Shown: piece after piece, positions 1 through 13,532 of the stretch | How the letters are laid out: every line of letters starts with the position of its first letter | Position numbering within the stretch: the stretch's first letter is position 1 | NCBI GenBank assembly: GCA_964106915.2 | Contig: OZ066915.1 | DNA length: 64,000 nt | Reading direction: 5' to 3' (one strand) | DNA from: Podarcis gaigeae | Taxonomy: Eukaryota | Notes under the pieces: generated by a model | The model's input: the letters and a program-made list of their open reading frames with translations, nothing else | What the model was told of the DNA's origin: nothing | The model's database searches: none | Made by a program: the position numbers and the translations under genes

Positions 1-372
1 CAAAGGTTTGGCTTTCTCTCCCTCTACCCATTTCCTTCTGCAGCTTGTGGGGGCTAACAGTGAGCAGAAGGAGGGGATGAAGTTCTGTCCCTTTGGCCCT
101 AACGTAACGTTATGGATTATTGTTCTTATTTATTCCTGGCAGCTTTCTCCCCAGCAGAGCTCTCATAGTAGTTTACAACACATACAATTAGATAAAACAA
201 GAACGTTACCAGAAGGAATACACTTAGACGGCACAGAGGGACAATGCATTAAATAACAACAACCCTGCTGTGCCCTGCTCAACCAGTGGAGCTCTGCTAA
301 CAACCAGTTCTTAGGGCATCTGCGTACATTTTTTTTTAAAGATAAGCTAAGAAGTCATATCTTTTTATGTAC

Positions 373-590
373 TCATAGAGTTGGAAGGGACACTGGGGGT
401 CATCCTGTCCAAATGGTTCTGCAGTTCAGGATGTGCAGTGCAGGATGCAGCTTCAGCATCCCTGGCAGACAGGTAGTTGGTACAGCCTCCAGAGAAGGAG
501 AGCCCACCTCCTGCCCCATTGCTCAACAGCTCTTACCATTATGAAGTTTCCACCCTAACCTTTAGCTATTTGGTTCTCTCTCTGTGCTCT
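373..590 (-). mobile_element. CR1 LINE 3' end fragment
   Basis: CATAGAGTTGGAAGGGAC...GGTCATC...GAAGGAGAGCCCACC...CAACAGCTCTTAC resembles the reverse of a squamate CR1 3' end. Confidence 0.65.
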
Positions 591-663
591 GGAGTCCAGG
601 CTGGTGGTGTTTAACGCTCTCCATTCACACCACGCTTTCTGTTCACGACATTTTCCTGACCTC

Positions 664-850
664 AGGCCTTGTTTACACCATACATTTAAAGCACTGTTAT
701 ACCACTTGAGCAGAATGATTTAACGATCCATCATTCTTTCCAGGGAACTCTGGGAATTGTGGTTTTGTGAGGGAAATAGGGTTCTGCGAATGACCTTGGC
801 AAACGATGGTTCCCAACACCTGTAACAAACTACATTTCCCAGGATTCTCT
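664..850. mobile_element. Non-autonomous DNA transposon remnant (CCATACATTTAAAGCAC / GGGAATTGT family)
   Basis: Shares motifs with the element at ~18100-18750 and has internal inverted segments. Confidence 0.5.
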
Positions 851-907
851 AGGTGCAAGGTGCAGAAGTGGTCTCAGTCACCAAATGTATTCACATCCAC
901 AATACAC

Positions 908-910
<3 letters not shown>

Positions 911-980
<70 letters not shown>
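911..980. repeat. Compound microsatellite (GT)20(GA)15
   Basis: Directly visible. Confidence 0.97.
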
Positions 981-985
<5 letters not shown>

Positions 986-3084
986 CATGATAAGTATACT
1001 TGTATTCCTCCTTCTTGGAACTAATAGCCACCAGGCATAGAGCAGATCACTCAGTCGGGGAATGGGAAACTTCCTCTTTCCCAGTGCTTTTGTTCCAATG
1101 AGAATTGGAGCGCTCCACTATTGCTTTAGTGTGTATGTGTGTTTTAAAAAACATGGATGGATGGATATCTCAGCTGTTTTGGCCCTTAACTATCCTTTCA
1201 AAGGCTGAGATAAGGGTGGGACTGACAGACCACACCAGAGGAATTGAATCCCACAAACAGGATGCCACCACCAAAATCATATGGAACAGGCTTACTTTGC
1301 TAGCACTAAATTCAGAAGCCCATTGGCACAGTAAGGAAAGTATTAGGAAAGTAAGCCTGAGTACCCAGGGACAACTTAATTAAAGCAAATGGAAACATCC
1401 TCTGAAAAAATAGGGGGAGAGAGAGTATTACGCATTTCAAAGTGCTGCTGCTGTTCTGTCTGATATACAGAATAAAACAACTCAATCTGTATGTCTTTCG
1501 AGATTGGCAGTATTCAGAGATACTTTTATCCAAAGCCCCAAACAGTGACATGCCAGGAAGTTCTCAATATGTGCCGACTTCCTCTGAGGAATTCTCTTGT
1601 GTTGCAGATTTTTTTATAAAGGAATGAAAGCTGAGCCACAGCCTTGTACCACCACACAAAGACTTGTCTTACATGCCACTCCCAATCACTAAGCAGTGTG
1701 AGATTCCGGGGAGTTCAAGGCATGCTTTATCTAGGGTTTGTGTCTCCTTTTGGGAATGAGGCACAGCAGTGCCTGTGTTGTCTTTAGGATGTATGGTTTA
1801 TTCACACATATATACACCCTGAGTCTGTGATGGAGGGGTTCAAAGCATTACACTCCAAGAGAGTCCTGGCTTCTTTCATAGCCACAACAGCCTTGGACCT
1901 AAGCAGATCCCACCCACTGATTTCAAATGTATTGGTTGTGATGCCAGGCTGTTTGGGCAAAGTGCTCCCTTTTTGCCAGAGTTCTCCCCTGGCTATTCTA
2001 TGTTCAGTTAGCATTATAGCACCATGCTTCTTATATTGCTGTAACCTACCGTGGGATCCTCTGGTGAAACACAGGCAGTGGTGATATGTCTGTGCACAGC
2101 CTCATGTCTTCAAGATGTACCAGCACAGGAGACAGGCAGGATCCTGTGGCCACTGCGGTAACCACCAGAGCCTAGGAGAGTGCCGCTAATATTGCAGACA
2201 TTTATTCTGTACTTTGGGAAGGCAGCCATTCCTCCATTCTTGGAACTGTTTCAAAATTATTAGCAGAAGCCGAAAATGTGACAATTACAGAGAATAAATG
2301 AAACGGAATCAAATTCTCCGTGTCAGTTCATAGCAGCGGTTCCCAGACATCAACAAGTCACTTGAAACACCATTATGCACTCTCCCTTGACCTGAACTGG
2401 GAGTCTATTTCACTCTCTGATGGAAGAGTAATTTTCTTGAAATGGGCCATGTGACCATTTCACTTCAAACCAGCCTCTGGAAGCCTTGACTGCTATTTTG
2501 CACACTCCTTTTCGCCACCCCGCCTCTCCTGAGTAGCTCTCTTAGACCCTGAAATCTCAGCACAACAACATCTTCCCTGGCAATGCATTTCACTCTAGTG
2601 TCTTTAGCCTCATTAGTAGGCAAGGCAGATGCCCAGCCACTGTCTGCAGCACATACATTTTTATATAAGGCTCTGTTGTTTATATATTTTGGAAGCCCTT
2701 GCCTAGAGAGAGCAAGCATTCATTACCGGCCAAACATTTGTAAGTGAAATTCGCTTGTACTTACAAGTGCTATATTTATTTTAGCTTGCTGCATGGCTTT
2801 CTTTATTTTAATCTCATCATGAATTATGCTTACAGAGAGATGGAAAGAGAGAGAGGGAGAAAAGCAAATCTCCTTGGGGACCTTTCCCCTCTGAATATAT
2901 TCCAGATGCTCAAATGTCAACGGCAGAGCTGCTTACAATGTAGCACTTGTCAGCTTGCATACTTAAAAAATGCTCCAAAGTTTTAATTATACTGCAGGAG
3001 CTGCAGCTCATTAACATTTGTTTTCTTGTCTAAGGTCTCTGTATGGACAGTAAGGTGATATGGTGCAGCTGCAGGTATACGGTG

Positions 3085-3155
3085 TGGTGGTTAGGCCGAA
3101 GCTAAGCAGGTCTGGCCATATGAGCTTCCTGGATGGGAGATGGCCTGGCAACTCT
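3085..3155 (+). mobile_element. Degenerate 5S rRNA-derived SINE head
   Basis: GAAGCTAAGCAGG...TGGATGGGAGATGGCCTGG resembles the 5S internal control region. Too diverged and short for a 5S gene. Confidence 0.55.
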
Positions 3156-3322
3156 TTGTTAGCTACTTGGAGTTCCTTAGCAGGACATGTGATAAAGTAA
3201 CAATTTCATGATGAGGACATCTTTGCTAGAAGCCAACTCTGAGAAGGGTAGAGCTCTACCTCAAGCTCTTGACTGAGGCTTTCCCCCATCCCTACCAGGC
3301 AACAGCAGACAGTTAGTACGTA

Positions 3323-3440
3323 CAGTGGTACATATAGGTTACATATGCTTCAGGTTACATATGCTTCAGGTTACATACACTTCAGGTTACAGACTCCACT
3401 AACCCAGAAACAGTACCTCGGGTTAAGAACTTTGCTTAAG
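3323..3440 (+). mobile_element. Tc1/mariner-type MITE, left part only
   Basis: TA|CAGTGGTAC start, followed by tandem ~17-bp CAGGTTACATATGCTT units. Confidence 0.65.
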
Positions 3441-4277
3441 GTTATCTGCAGTCTCCTGGCATGCAGAACTCAGAGTGTGAGGTTCCATTTCAGTTAAGAT
3501 ACATCTCTGTCAATGCCATGTGCTGTTGCCTATGAAAATTCACCTTGAACAATAATAACACGAGTTTTTTTGTGCTAAATATGAAGGCTTCAAAGATGCC
3601 TCTGCTGAGGAACAAAAAGAAATTTAACCATAAATTTGTCATTTTAGTTCCTGCCATTTTTTTAAAAAGGAAGATTTGCTGCCATCTCTTTCACAGACAA
3701 GGTTCTGCTCTTCAGATTAGACTGCAATTGAGTTTCTGTTAGCAATAGTCCCAGCACCACCTGTTTAGCTGTCCAGGCATAGGAAATTCATATATCCAAA
3801 ACTGGAAATCTTCCAAGTAGCTTTCTGGTGTGTGTATTCATAGCAAAACCAACAGTTGCTTCAATATCACCATTCATGGTGTACACCCACACACAGACAT
3901 TTTGAGATTGTGGGGGAAGCTAGATGGTACGCGAAAGGCGTGTAAAGTATCTGGGCTTTTTGTTGTTGCTAAATAGCAGCCCCGGAGGGAGGATCAGGAT
4001 TGGGACTGTGGTTCAGAGAAGGCCATTTAAGGCTGTCTTGCTGCACCATAGCCCCAGTGAATATTGGCTACAGATGCTATTTGATGTGGGATGGAAGCTG
4101 TCATGGACTCCCATAGCAGTTTATCTCCTGCATCCAGGGTGGTGGTGGTCGTCAGGACCACAGTATTATTTCCGCTTTGGAGGATCCCTCCTTTACTTCA
4201 GATGAGTCCCAAATGTCTTCAGATTGACCCACTTTGGTTCTGAATTCAAGATTCATCAGAATCAATTGCACACCCAT

Positions 4278-4502
4278 AATTTATTTATTGCATTTTTTAT
4301 CCCACCCGTTTCTCCAAGGAACCCAAGTTGGAGTACATTGTTTGCCCCCTTCTTCAAGTAATCTCCACTGCAACTGTGCATGGTAGGTTAGGATGAGAAT
4401 GACAGGGTCGGGGTCACTCAGTAAGTTTCATGGCTGAGTGCAGATTTGAACCATGGTCCACCAGGTCCTAGTACAACCCTCTACCCACTAAACCACACTG
4501 GC
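4278..4502 (-). mobile_element. tRNA-derived MIR/CORE-like SINE
   Basis: Reverse copy of the family at 19033-19250, with B-box (GGTTCAAATC on minus) and an AT-rich tail. Confidence 0.7.
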
Positions 4503-6427
4503 TTCCACAGTTTTAACTGTTGGTATTCATTCTGCATTTTAGTGTAGCTCTCTTTCAGAAACCAAGGGGAATTCCTATTACTTTTGGATCGAACCAAGAT
4601 GATGACTATTTCTGCATCAAATTAGAATTGTTCTGTGACCAAGAATTGCTTAGGTGACAAAGCTGATGGTTGCCAAGGCAGAATGCACCTGCTCTTACAC
4701 GTTTCGAGCCCAGGTGTGCTTGCTTCCACTTAAAAACAGTTGACCTGATGGGTTTGAGAAGTAATCCCTTTTATTGTGTGAAGTAAATTATTCACTGCTG
4801 GCCTTTAGAGAAGTAACCTCCTCCTTCTGTACCTTAGTGGTTGTAACATAGGGAATAATTTTGCATTGCCACCTGCTTCTGAGTCATGGATATTTTGAGA
4901 AGCCTGCACCCTCTTGAAAGAGCATAATAGTTAAGCTGAGAATGGACTCCTTCCAGAACATTACACAGCGCTCCTGAATTGGGAAAAGGAACGAAAGCTC
5001 AGGTACACTTTTTGTAAGGTGATTTTCTGGATTGGAGACATAGCACTGGGCATAAGTGCAAATGATTTGTATTCAAGGTTGTGACTGCAATGCTGGCAGT
5101 AGTTCCTATGGAACCCAGCAAGGCTTATATCTGAGTAGACATGCAAAGGGTTGCACTGTAAGTCAAGCAAGTGCCTGCAATAAGACCACCAAATGGCTGA
5201 AACACTGTAAGAGCTCTCTCTTTCCCATTTTTCTTTTTAAAACCACACATAGATTAAATAATTGATATAGAGCATTTCTGTGTTATCCTTCTTTGTAATT
5301 GACACCATTAGTTCTCTCCAGGAACAGCGTTCTTCTCCCCCCCCCCCCCGAATGCCACCCCAACTTTTGAATGGCTAGTTTGTAGTGATTCACATGGCTT
5401 TCATCACAATTGTGACACCATGCTTTCAGGAGCAAATTGATACCCCGTAATTAAATTAAGGCATTTAAAATTATTGTATTTTCAGCTGGTTGAATGGTTT
5501 TATTTCTCTCACTTCGGTAGCTATAGGGGCGTGCTAATGGAGATGCTCCTTGGAGTCTACCACCTGAAGCAGCTGCCACAGTCTTCCTCATGGGCAGGCC
5601 GGCAGTGGGAAAGGGCAGTTGACTGAGTACATTGCTTATTTACTGCTCCTAATGTTTCTAGCACAAACTAGGAAACAGCAGTCGGAAAAGTGATTGCTTA
5701 GACAAGGTCACAAAAATATGTTATCCAGTCATTGTTCCACCCCAACAGTAACTTATTCAGTTCATCAGTATTTTGGAAAGCTTCAGCGCTCGCTGTGAGT
5801 GCCTGCTCTGTTTTAGTGCCCCTGAAATGTTCTTGAGAGATTGGGATAACTTTGAGCTAAAACAAAAGAAAAGAATAAGCAGAAGTAATTTATTGCGAGC
5901 AATACAATCGCAGAGAGGATTATGTTGATAAGGGAATAGTTCTGGAAGATGGTAAATTCAAAAAGGAGTCCAACAGTAATGCACTGCATCTTTGAAAAGT
6001 ACTTATATAACAGCTGAACACAAGAGGATGGTTCCCAAAAAACACAGTTTGTTCATTTCATCACCTGTTTCTGTCATGAAGACATTGTTGCTTTTTGATT
6101 TACCTATTTGTGAGACTGATAAAAAAAGAAAAGAAGGGAAATCCATTCTAATGAAATATTTTCTATATTTGATGAATTTATTTTGGAAGCTGATTTCAGG
6201 CAAAGCATAAATATTTGAAAGTGGATAACTGCAAACCAATCAAAGCATTATACTATTATAGTTGGGTAGTTATGGCAACAATGACAAAAAGAAACCTGGA
6301 GGTAAGAAGTTGAAAAAGGATTGCAGCATGGATCTCAATTTATTACCAGCAGGGCCAGATCTACACATTTTGCTATAGAGGGCAAATGTTTGCACTGTCA
6401 CCCACACCCACACCCAGAATCTATCAG

Positions 6428-6490
6428 TATGTATGTATGTATGTATGTATGTATGCATGTCTCTCTGTGTGTGTGTTTCTGTGTGTGTAC
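6428..6490. repeat. (TATG)n and (TG)n microsatellite
   Basis: Directly visible. Confidence 0.9.
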
Positions 6491-9062
6491 ATACATATAC
6501 AGTGCTGCCAAAAACATTTTTCTTGATTTGCAATTCATGTAAATATTTTCCCAAGTTTATACAAATTTTTATGTCACAAGGGCCACAGTCCTATTCTTGC
6601 TTCCCTTTTGTAACTACCGTAGAATGATTAAAACTAATTGGGTTTAATTCTAAGTAGACATGTATAGGACTGTACTGCATTTAAAGAGAGAGGATACGCA
6701 GAAAGGTCAAATTACTCTTGACTTTCTGTCTTTCATTATAGAGACCCTTACACGTGGAAAATTTTGGAGGATGCAAGGCAAAAACAAAAGGCGAAAAAAT
6801 AAAATAAAATCCTCATTCATGCTCAGGTCTGGAAATAAATGACAAGTATTACACCACCACAGAAGATCATTCAAGTTCTCAAGTGTTTGGAACAAGGGAG
6901 GGAAGGAAGAGGAACAGGCTTAAAAATAAAATCAAATCAAGGACAAAAGAGCAAACCTGTTGACAGGATCTCAAGAGAAAGGGGTGGGTTCCAAAAACAG
7001 ATTCAGAAAACCCTGGGCACTTGAGTATTTTGAATTATGCAGGAAGATCTCAGAACAAAATCTTGAGAAAAGTGCGTCAGGGCAGCAAATGAAGGGAATG
7101 AGCTGCAGATGGTCATAAGGCCACACCCAGCCTGTGCTCGTCCAATTCCACACATCCATGTGAAGTGACCTACTAGGCTGAGAGAGGACAGGGCCACCAG
7201 CCCAATCCTTCCCCATGCCTTTTTGTCACCAGGGGACCTCACTAGCCAATCCCCATGGCCATCTGTTGCTCTTGTGTTGCTGGGAAGGGTGCCCCACTCA
7301 CTCCAATGATGCCTAAGTCCGCCAGCGGGAGTGCTGCATTGCCATAGCATGCCAGCTGCTCTTGGAGATTACACTTCCTGATCCCTTCTCAACCAATCCT
7401 AGGTACGTGCATCTGCACACAGTTGCAAATGCATGCTCGTGCTTCTTCAGTATTAGATACATTATGCAGACCAAGGATCAGATGGTGTTAATTTGAACCT
7501 CTCTGGGCAAAAAGAGCAGTTCCATTATCCTTTCGTTAGTTGTCAGGATGCTGTCGGCAGCTCCCAGCTGGTTGCCCAGGAAAGGATAAAGACAAGTCCT
7601 TTTTTATTTCAGAGAGAGGCTATAGAACCCAGCCTCTTGGATAATGGCATTGTCCTGAGTGAATCTCCAACCATCTCTCCCACTTCCTCATCACCTCCTC
7701 TGTCTTTGAACTCTTTGGTCTCCTACTTTTAAGGCTCACAGGGTTCTGGGAGATAGTGAGTCTGGAATGCTTTCTAATGCTCTGGCTCCCCCAAGATTTT
7801 CCAACTCCCCCCTCCCATCTGCCTCTGAGCTGTCACCTCCCTCAAAGCCCTGTTGTAAATCTGTACTATCTTCCTTTTTGGAAGGATCCTTCCTTTTGGA
7901 AGGATCAGGATTGGGGAGGCAGTCTCCTCTGCCCAGTCCCTGACATTCGCGTTGATTCTTGTACTAACCATCTATTGCTATGTCCTTTTGAAAAATCTCC
8001 ATCAACACTTCAAGTATGAAGGCCACTTCATGGCCTTGTAGTTGGTCCACAACGGCGAGGAAAGCAAATAAACTGCTCTGGAAATAATCAAATGATACAG
8101 CAAAAACATTCCCGTTGAGGGTCACATCTGAAAAGTGGGAAGCAAGAGACCCTGACCTGTTTGATGAGAACCTTGGAAAACAAAGCAAAATGAAATCCAA
8201 GATAAACAATATTTTCAGAAGCCCGTCACTCTTGGAGCACTGTGGCGTGTTCAGCTTCATATCACTTCACCCCAGGGTGACATATTTGAAGCTGGAGCTA
8301 TGTTCGTGGTAAATAGATTTGCTAGGAGGCAGATTTTCTGAAATGCCTGTCAAAGAGGGGTGGAGCACAACACAGGTTAATGTTCATTTGCCCTCTTTAG
8401 GTTAAACGAATAAGCCTTTCTTTAGAAGAAACATTTTCTCTTTCCATGTTCAGGATGCTATATAAAAGACCATCTCTTCTTTTGGGAGAAGATTCAGGTT
8501 TGCCCATGTTGTTCCACATGCTCCTTGACCTGTAATAAGACCATCTCTCAAGAACTTTGTTCACAATTTCCCAGAGGTACAGAATCATAGCGAATCTTGA
8601 CATTGGGCCGGCATCATTTCTACCAGCTGCAAGAGCAGGAATCGATGCTGTTGGGCAGCTGTGGGGAAGCTTTGGACTACAATTCCCAGCCACCCCTGGC
8701 TATGCTTGCTGGGTCTGATGGAAGTTGTAGTCCAACAACATCTAGAGGCCCTGCTGTAAGCTTAGTCAATGTTATGTTATATTGTATTAAGGGCTGCCAT
8801 TTCAGGTTTGTGACAATTAGCTACACTTCCCACTGTCACTGTGTGTTGCCTGTGCATCTGGCAGGTGTGTGAAGTGGCGCTCCCTGTCTCAGTTTTGTGT
8901 AGATTCAGTGTGTGAAGATTTATTTTGACACTAAGGCAAGAGATCAAATTAAGATGTCTTCCTTTAGAGGTACCCAATGCTTGCTTTATTACATTGAAGC
9001 ATAAGCGATGCTGGTATCTCACTCCATTTTCATGCCATCAGTGAGTTTGTCTCTTCTTAGGT

Positions 9063-9198
9063 CACTGTTTCCCAAACTTGGGTCTTCAGTTGTTGTTGGA
9101 CTACAACTCCCAGCATCCCTAGCTAGCAGGAGCAGTGTTCAGGGGTGATGTGAGTTGTAGTCCAGCAACAGCTGGAGACCCAAGTTTGGGAAACACTG
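9063..9198. mobile_element. hAT-type MITE (~136 bp, GGACTACAACTCCC family)
   Basis: Long TIRs CACTGTTTCCCAAACTTGGGTCT / AGACCCAAGTTTGGGAAACACTG. Partial relatives occur at ~8660-8750 and ~9270-9470. Confidence 0.8.
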
Positions 9199-10195
9199 TA
9201 AAGGGCAACAAAAGCAAAGGCTGTGGGTCCTGATCAGGATTTTGACAGTAAAACTGTCCATTGACCATGCTGGCTGGAGCTGATTGGAGTTGAAATCCAA
9301 TCACACCTGCAAGGGCAGTTCCACATGAAGACTCGTTCCTTATTGGCCATGTCAGCCTTTGACAGCCTGATGCCCTCCAGATGGCTTGGACTATGGCAGC
9401 CTTGTTGGCTTTGGCTGGTGGGAGTTGTAGTCAGAAACATCTGGAGGGCACCAGTTTGGCAAAGGCTGCGCTGCACCTTTTCCAGTAAGCAGACAGGCAA
9501 GTGTCTGATGCAATTAACCAGAAAAAGCCACATTACACTGGCAGCTCCTTTTCCTGACCTTTCAATACCATCACTATATGCATAAAATCGAGAATGTCGC
9601 CTTCGGCACGAACCCTGTTCTGCAGCACTAAAAAACTGTTACGGCAGTGACCTGCATGTCGATGGGCTGTTTCCTCCCCCCCAGTTGTTGTTGTTTTATT
9701 TAAAGTTGGGCATTTGGATGAGGAGAGGGGAAGACAGGATCACTTAGGCTTAACCTTTGCACCGGTAAGGCAACGCCACCAGCCTTCTCCCTTCCATAAA
9801 AACCATGCGACACGTTCCAATTTTCAAATAGTAAGAAGAGGGAAAGACATTTGGTTGAATGCTATGCGGTATCTGTTGCTTAGGCAACCACCTCCTTGGA
9901 AACTACACGGCATTCTCAGCATGCCTGTATATCAATTCATCTCATGTTCTGAAAGAGAAAAACCTGTGGTTTAGCAGGAACAAACATGCAAACACGATGA
10001 GTCATAACAATGAGCAAAGGAGAGGAAGAAGTGGCATGTTTATCACCTGCGGCTGAAATCTGGCCCAAAGTTACACTGTTTTACATGCACTTGGCACCTG
10101 ATGTCCAGTTTAGGTATCTTCACCATCTGATGTCGGGTCAGAAACTTTCAGCTCCAGGCAGCAGTAGATGGTGTGGTGGGGCAGAGATGCCTGAG

Positions 10196-10338
10196 TGACC
10201 TCCCAGCAGGTGGGGTGTTGCTAGTGGTGCGGTGCAAACGCACTGGTAGAAGCACCAGGTTGGTTCTACTGTTGCGTTTGTACCACGCCAGCCTCACTGA
10301 TGCTTCAGTGTGGCAGTGACTCACCTGCTGGGAGGTCA
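10196..10338. mobile_element. Palindromic MITE-like element
   Basis: 17-bp inverted repeat TGACCTCCCAGCAGGTG (10196-10212) / CACCTGCTGGGAGGTCA (10322-10338) with an imperfect internal hairpin. Confidence 0.6.
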
Positions 10339-10516
10339 GGTAAGCGCTTGTGTCCCATCACACTGTCTGCTACTGGATCCAGGGCCTTTTCAGTGGCGTC
10401 ACCCTCACTGTGAAGCACCTTGTAAAATAAGGCCTCCCTCCCTTCTGATATTAGGATCTATGCAAAAACAACAACCCAAAATACCTTTAAAAGAGCAACA
10501 CACAAATGTATTAGGA

Positions 10517-10693
10517 CAGTAGTTCCCAACTGGTGGTCTGTGGACTCAGGAGGTCTGCATAACCCACCCAGGGGGTCCGTGGCACCATTCACAATACAAA
10601 AACTACCACAGAGGTATCAAAAAGTTCAAAAGTTAATGGCTTGGCTTTTCAAAAACAAGGGGTCCGCAGTAATTAGCTAATTGGGAATCACTG
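10517..10693. mobile_element. hAT MITE
   Basis: TIR CAGTAGTTCCCAA / TTGGGAATCACTG; 8-bp TSD TATTAGGA / CATTAGGA. Confidence 0.8.
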
Positions 10694-10774
10694 CATTAGG
10701 ATGCTGAGGTGATACATATGAACTGGTTTAGAGTGGTTGGTTGCTGGGGCTCATCTGTTGGTAGATTAATTTTA

Positions 10775-11129
10775 GGTAAAGGTACCCCTGCCCGTACGGG
10801 CCAGTCTTGCCAGACTCTAGGGTTGTGTGCTCATCTCACTTAAGAGGCCGGGAAGCCAGCGCTGTCCGCAGACACTTCCGGGTCACGTGGCCAGCGTGAC
10901 AAGCTGCATCTGGCGAGCCAGAGCCGCACACGGAAATGCTGTTTACCTTCCCGCTGGTAAGCGGTCCCTATTTATCTACTTGCACCCGGGGGTGCTTTCG
11001 ATCTGCTAGGTTGGCAGGCACTGGGACCGAACGACGGGAGCGCACCCCGCCGCGGGGATTCGAACCGCAGACCTGACGATCGGCAAGTCCTAGGTGCTGA
11101 GGTTTTACCCACAGCGCCACCCGCGTCCC
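10775..11129 (-). mobile_element. Sauria SINE, full length (CCCGTACGGG-tail subfamily)
   Basis: Head GGGACGCGGGTGGCGCTGTGGG, B-box GGTTCGAATCC, (ACCTTT) tail; 13-bp TSD TAGATTAATTTTA (10762-10774 / 11132-11144). Confidence 0.93.
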
Positions 11130-11662
11130 AATAGATTAATTTTAAAACAGCATAATTTTAAATTTCTTAACAGGATTATCCAAATCCAGGGGAAGTGAGA
11201 TGTATTTGAGTCCCGTTGATTTCAGTGGTAATCCTTTGGAAAAACTGAGTGTTCTTAAAGAAAAAAACGTTATTTTTCTGATAACACCTTTTTGTCCTTC
11301 TCTCCATGCTTTTGTGCTCTTTATAGGGAACCCGGACAGCACCCACTGGCCATGGCTCCATCTACATCCCTATAATTAGTGGGATGTCTGGAAAAGGGCA
11401 CCTTCCATGTGCACAGCTGTATGCATGTAGGTGTTCAACCTGATGTCTATGCTCCCAGTTGTGTTGGTGCTCCTTTTCAGTTGGCCCATTGAATGTGCGG
11501 TTGTCAGGAGCATGGACAGTGGTGTCATCGCCCTGGGACTGGACCCTGCCATTTTCTTCAGGGTATGAGATTCAGAGCTCTAAAAGGGGGAATTGCATAA
11601 AGGCTCAGCCCCAGAAAGCAGGTTGTATAAGCTGGACCTGTGGTACCAGTGTCCCTCTAGTC

Positions 11663-11800
11663 CAGCCTTTCTCAACACGTGGGTCCCCAGATGTTGTTGA
11701 ACTACAACTCCTATCACCCCTAGCTAGCAAGGCCAGAGCTCAGGGATGATGGGAGCTGTAGTCCAACAACATCTGGGGACCCATAGGTTGAGAACTGCTG
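11663..11800. mobile_element. hAT MITE (ACTACAACTCC family)
   Basis: TIR CAGCCTTTCTCAAC / GTTGAGAACTGCTG; degenerate 8-bp TSD CTCTAGTC / GTTTAGTC. Confidence 0.8.
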
Positions 11801-12606
11801 GTTTAGTCCAAGGATGTTACATTGCAGTCCTCTGACTCAGAGGACAGAAGACCCAAGATATTCAGAGTCTCCCCCACTTTATCAGAGTGAGATTGCTGGT
11901 GTGTGCTGGGCTGTTTTAACTGAAGAGGCACTTTTCAGTAAGGGCAGAACTTAACAATTGAGATAGAACTACTGCTGCTATGGAAGGCTCAGTCCAAAGC
12001 TCACTGTTGCTAAAGCAACATCAGAATTACCTCACCTTGAGCAGGGTGTGGTGATGCTCTCTTCCCTGTTCCCTTCCTGGGTGTAGACTAAATGAATGGA
12101 ACACCTGAAGAGAAATTACTCAAGCAGTCACCTACCAATCGGACTCTGCAGAAAAAGCTGCAACAAATTTCCCCATCTTGAATTTGTGATGAACACACAA
12201 TTAAGAGAGCAGGACTCATTGCCCACAGCAGGTAATGCTATGGAGACATTTCAGGAACAAGAACAACAAGAAAAAACCCAAGATTTCATGGCGAGCAGAT
12301 CAGTGAATTAATATAACAAAATAACATTATGGCAGTGAAATGCACCTATTGGTTCCACCCAGGCAAAAACGGGAAATTGATTTTCATCCTTGCCTCAGGA
12401 TATATTTCTTCTTGCCAGCCAAGAAAGCATTGAGGTCAAAATGGAAACACATTTGCCAATAATTTAAAGAAAAAATAGTGTAAAGTAATTCCCTCGCAGG
12501 AGATATTGCAGCTTCATTTGTAGAAAGTTTCAAATGAAGGAAATGGAAAACTCAACTTAGAAGGTTATAAGGCTATTAGATGCCAGTGAGTTTTGGGAAC
12601 TAGTAT

Positions 12607-12926
12607 GAGACGTGGGTGGCGCTGTGGGTTAAATCACACAGAGCCTAGGACTTGCCGATCAGAAGGTCGGTGATTCGAATCCCCGCGACGGGGTGAGCTC
12701 CCATTGCTCGGTCCCTGCTCCTGCCAACCTAGCAGTTCAAAAGCATGTCAAAGTGCAAGTAGATAAATAGGTACTGCTCCAGCGGGAAGGTAAACGACTT
12801 AGTCATGCTGGCCACATGACCTGGAAGCTATACACTGGCTCCCTCGGCCAATAAAGCCGGATGAGCACCGCAACCCCAGAGTTGGTCACGACTAGACCTA
12901 ATGGTCAGGGGTCCCTTTACCTTTAC
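12607..12926 (+). mobile_element. Sauria SINE (GGACCTAATGGTC-tail subfamily) with an internal deletion
   Basis: tRNA-like head, AAGTGCAAGTAGATAAATAGGTAC core, CCTTTACCTTTAC tail; flanking TATGAGAC duplication. Confidence 0.92.
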
Positions 12927-13121
12927 TATGAGACAATAGAGTCTATTGTCCTAGACAAAGAGATTGATCACTAATTCTTCAAGAGACAACTATTCCACAG
13001 TATGAGTAGAATTTTAATTTTTATTATAGATTCTTTTCTATCAAGGATTCAGGTCTGGTTTTGGCATGGAAACTGCCTTGGTCTCCTGGGGGATAATCTT
13101 TGCCAGGAAAGGGGCAAACCC

Positions 13122-13532
13122 AGGGGAAATACCATCAAAGGAACAATGGCAAGAGAAGTTGATTAACTATGCAGAATTGGCAAAGTTAACAGATAAACTG
13201 CATGAAAAAGACAATAGTGATTTTGAAAAAGAATGGGAACCTTTTACATCATATTTGCAGAAACAACAACAAAAAAATAGAGTCATTGGCAGGATTTAAA
13301 TAAACATTTGCAATTTTATTTATAAAAAAATAGGAAACCTAATAGCAGGACAATATAGAAGTATATATAAACAGCAGAATGTAACATGAGATATAATAAA
13401 CTAGGGATGGAAGTTGAGGGAAGTCAGTGGGGAAGGGGGAAATTGAAATTTGAATGTAATGTAATGATTACAGATATTGTTAAAGAAAAGAAAAGAAAAA
13501 CCCAATAAAATGATTTTTTTTAAAAAAAAAAA
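13122..13532 (+). mobile_element. 5'-truncated L1-clade LINE with poly(A) tail and TSD
   Basis: ORF2 C-terminus (IPSKEQWQEKLINYAELAKLT...FEKEWEPF), AATAAA and A-tail; 17-bp TSD AGGAAAGGGGCAAACCC (13105-13121 / 13533-13549). Confidence 0.88.

Noticed and set aside
7964-8693. Two ~98-aa minus-strand ORFs in unique-looking sequence
   Set aside because: No recognisable homology or convincing exon structure; a database search would be needed.
12607-12690. tRNA-like A/B boxes in SINE heads, and the 5S-like segment at 3085-3155
   Set aside because: SINE-derived; they do not form complete tRNA or 5S genes.
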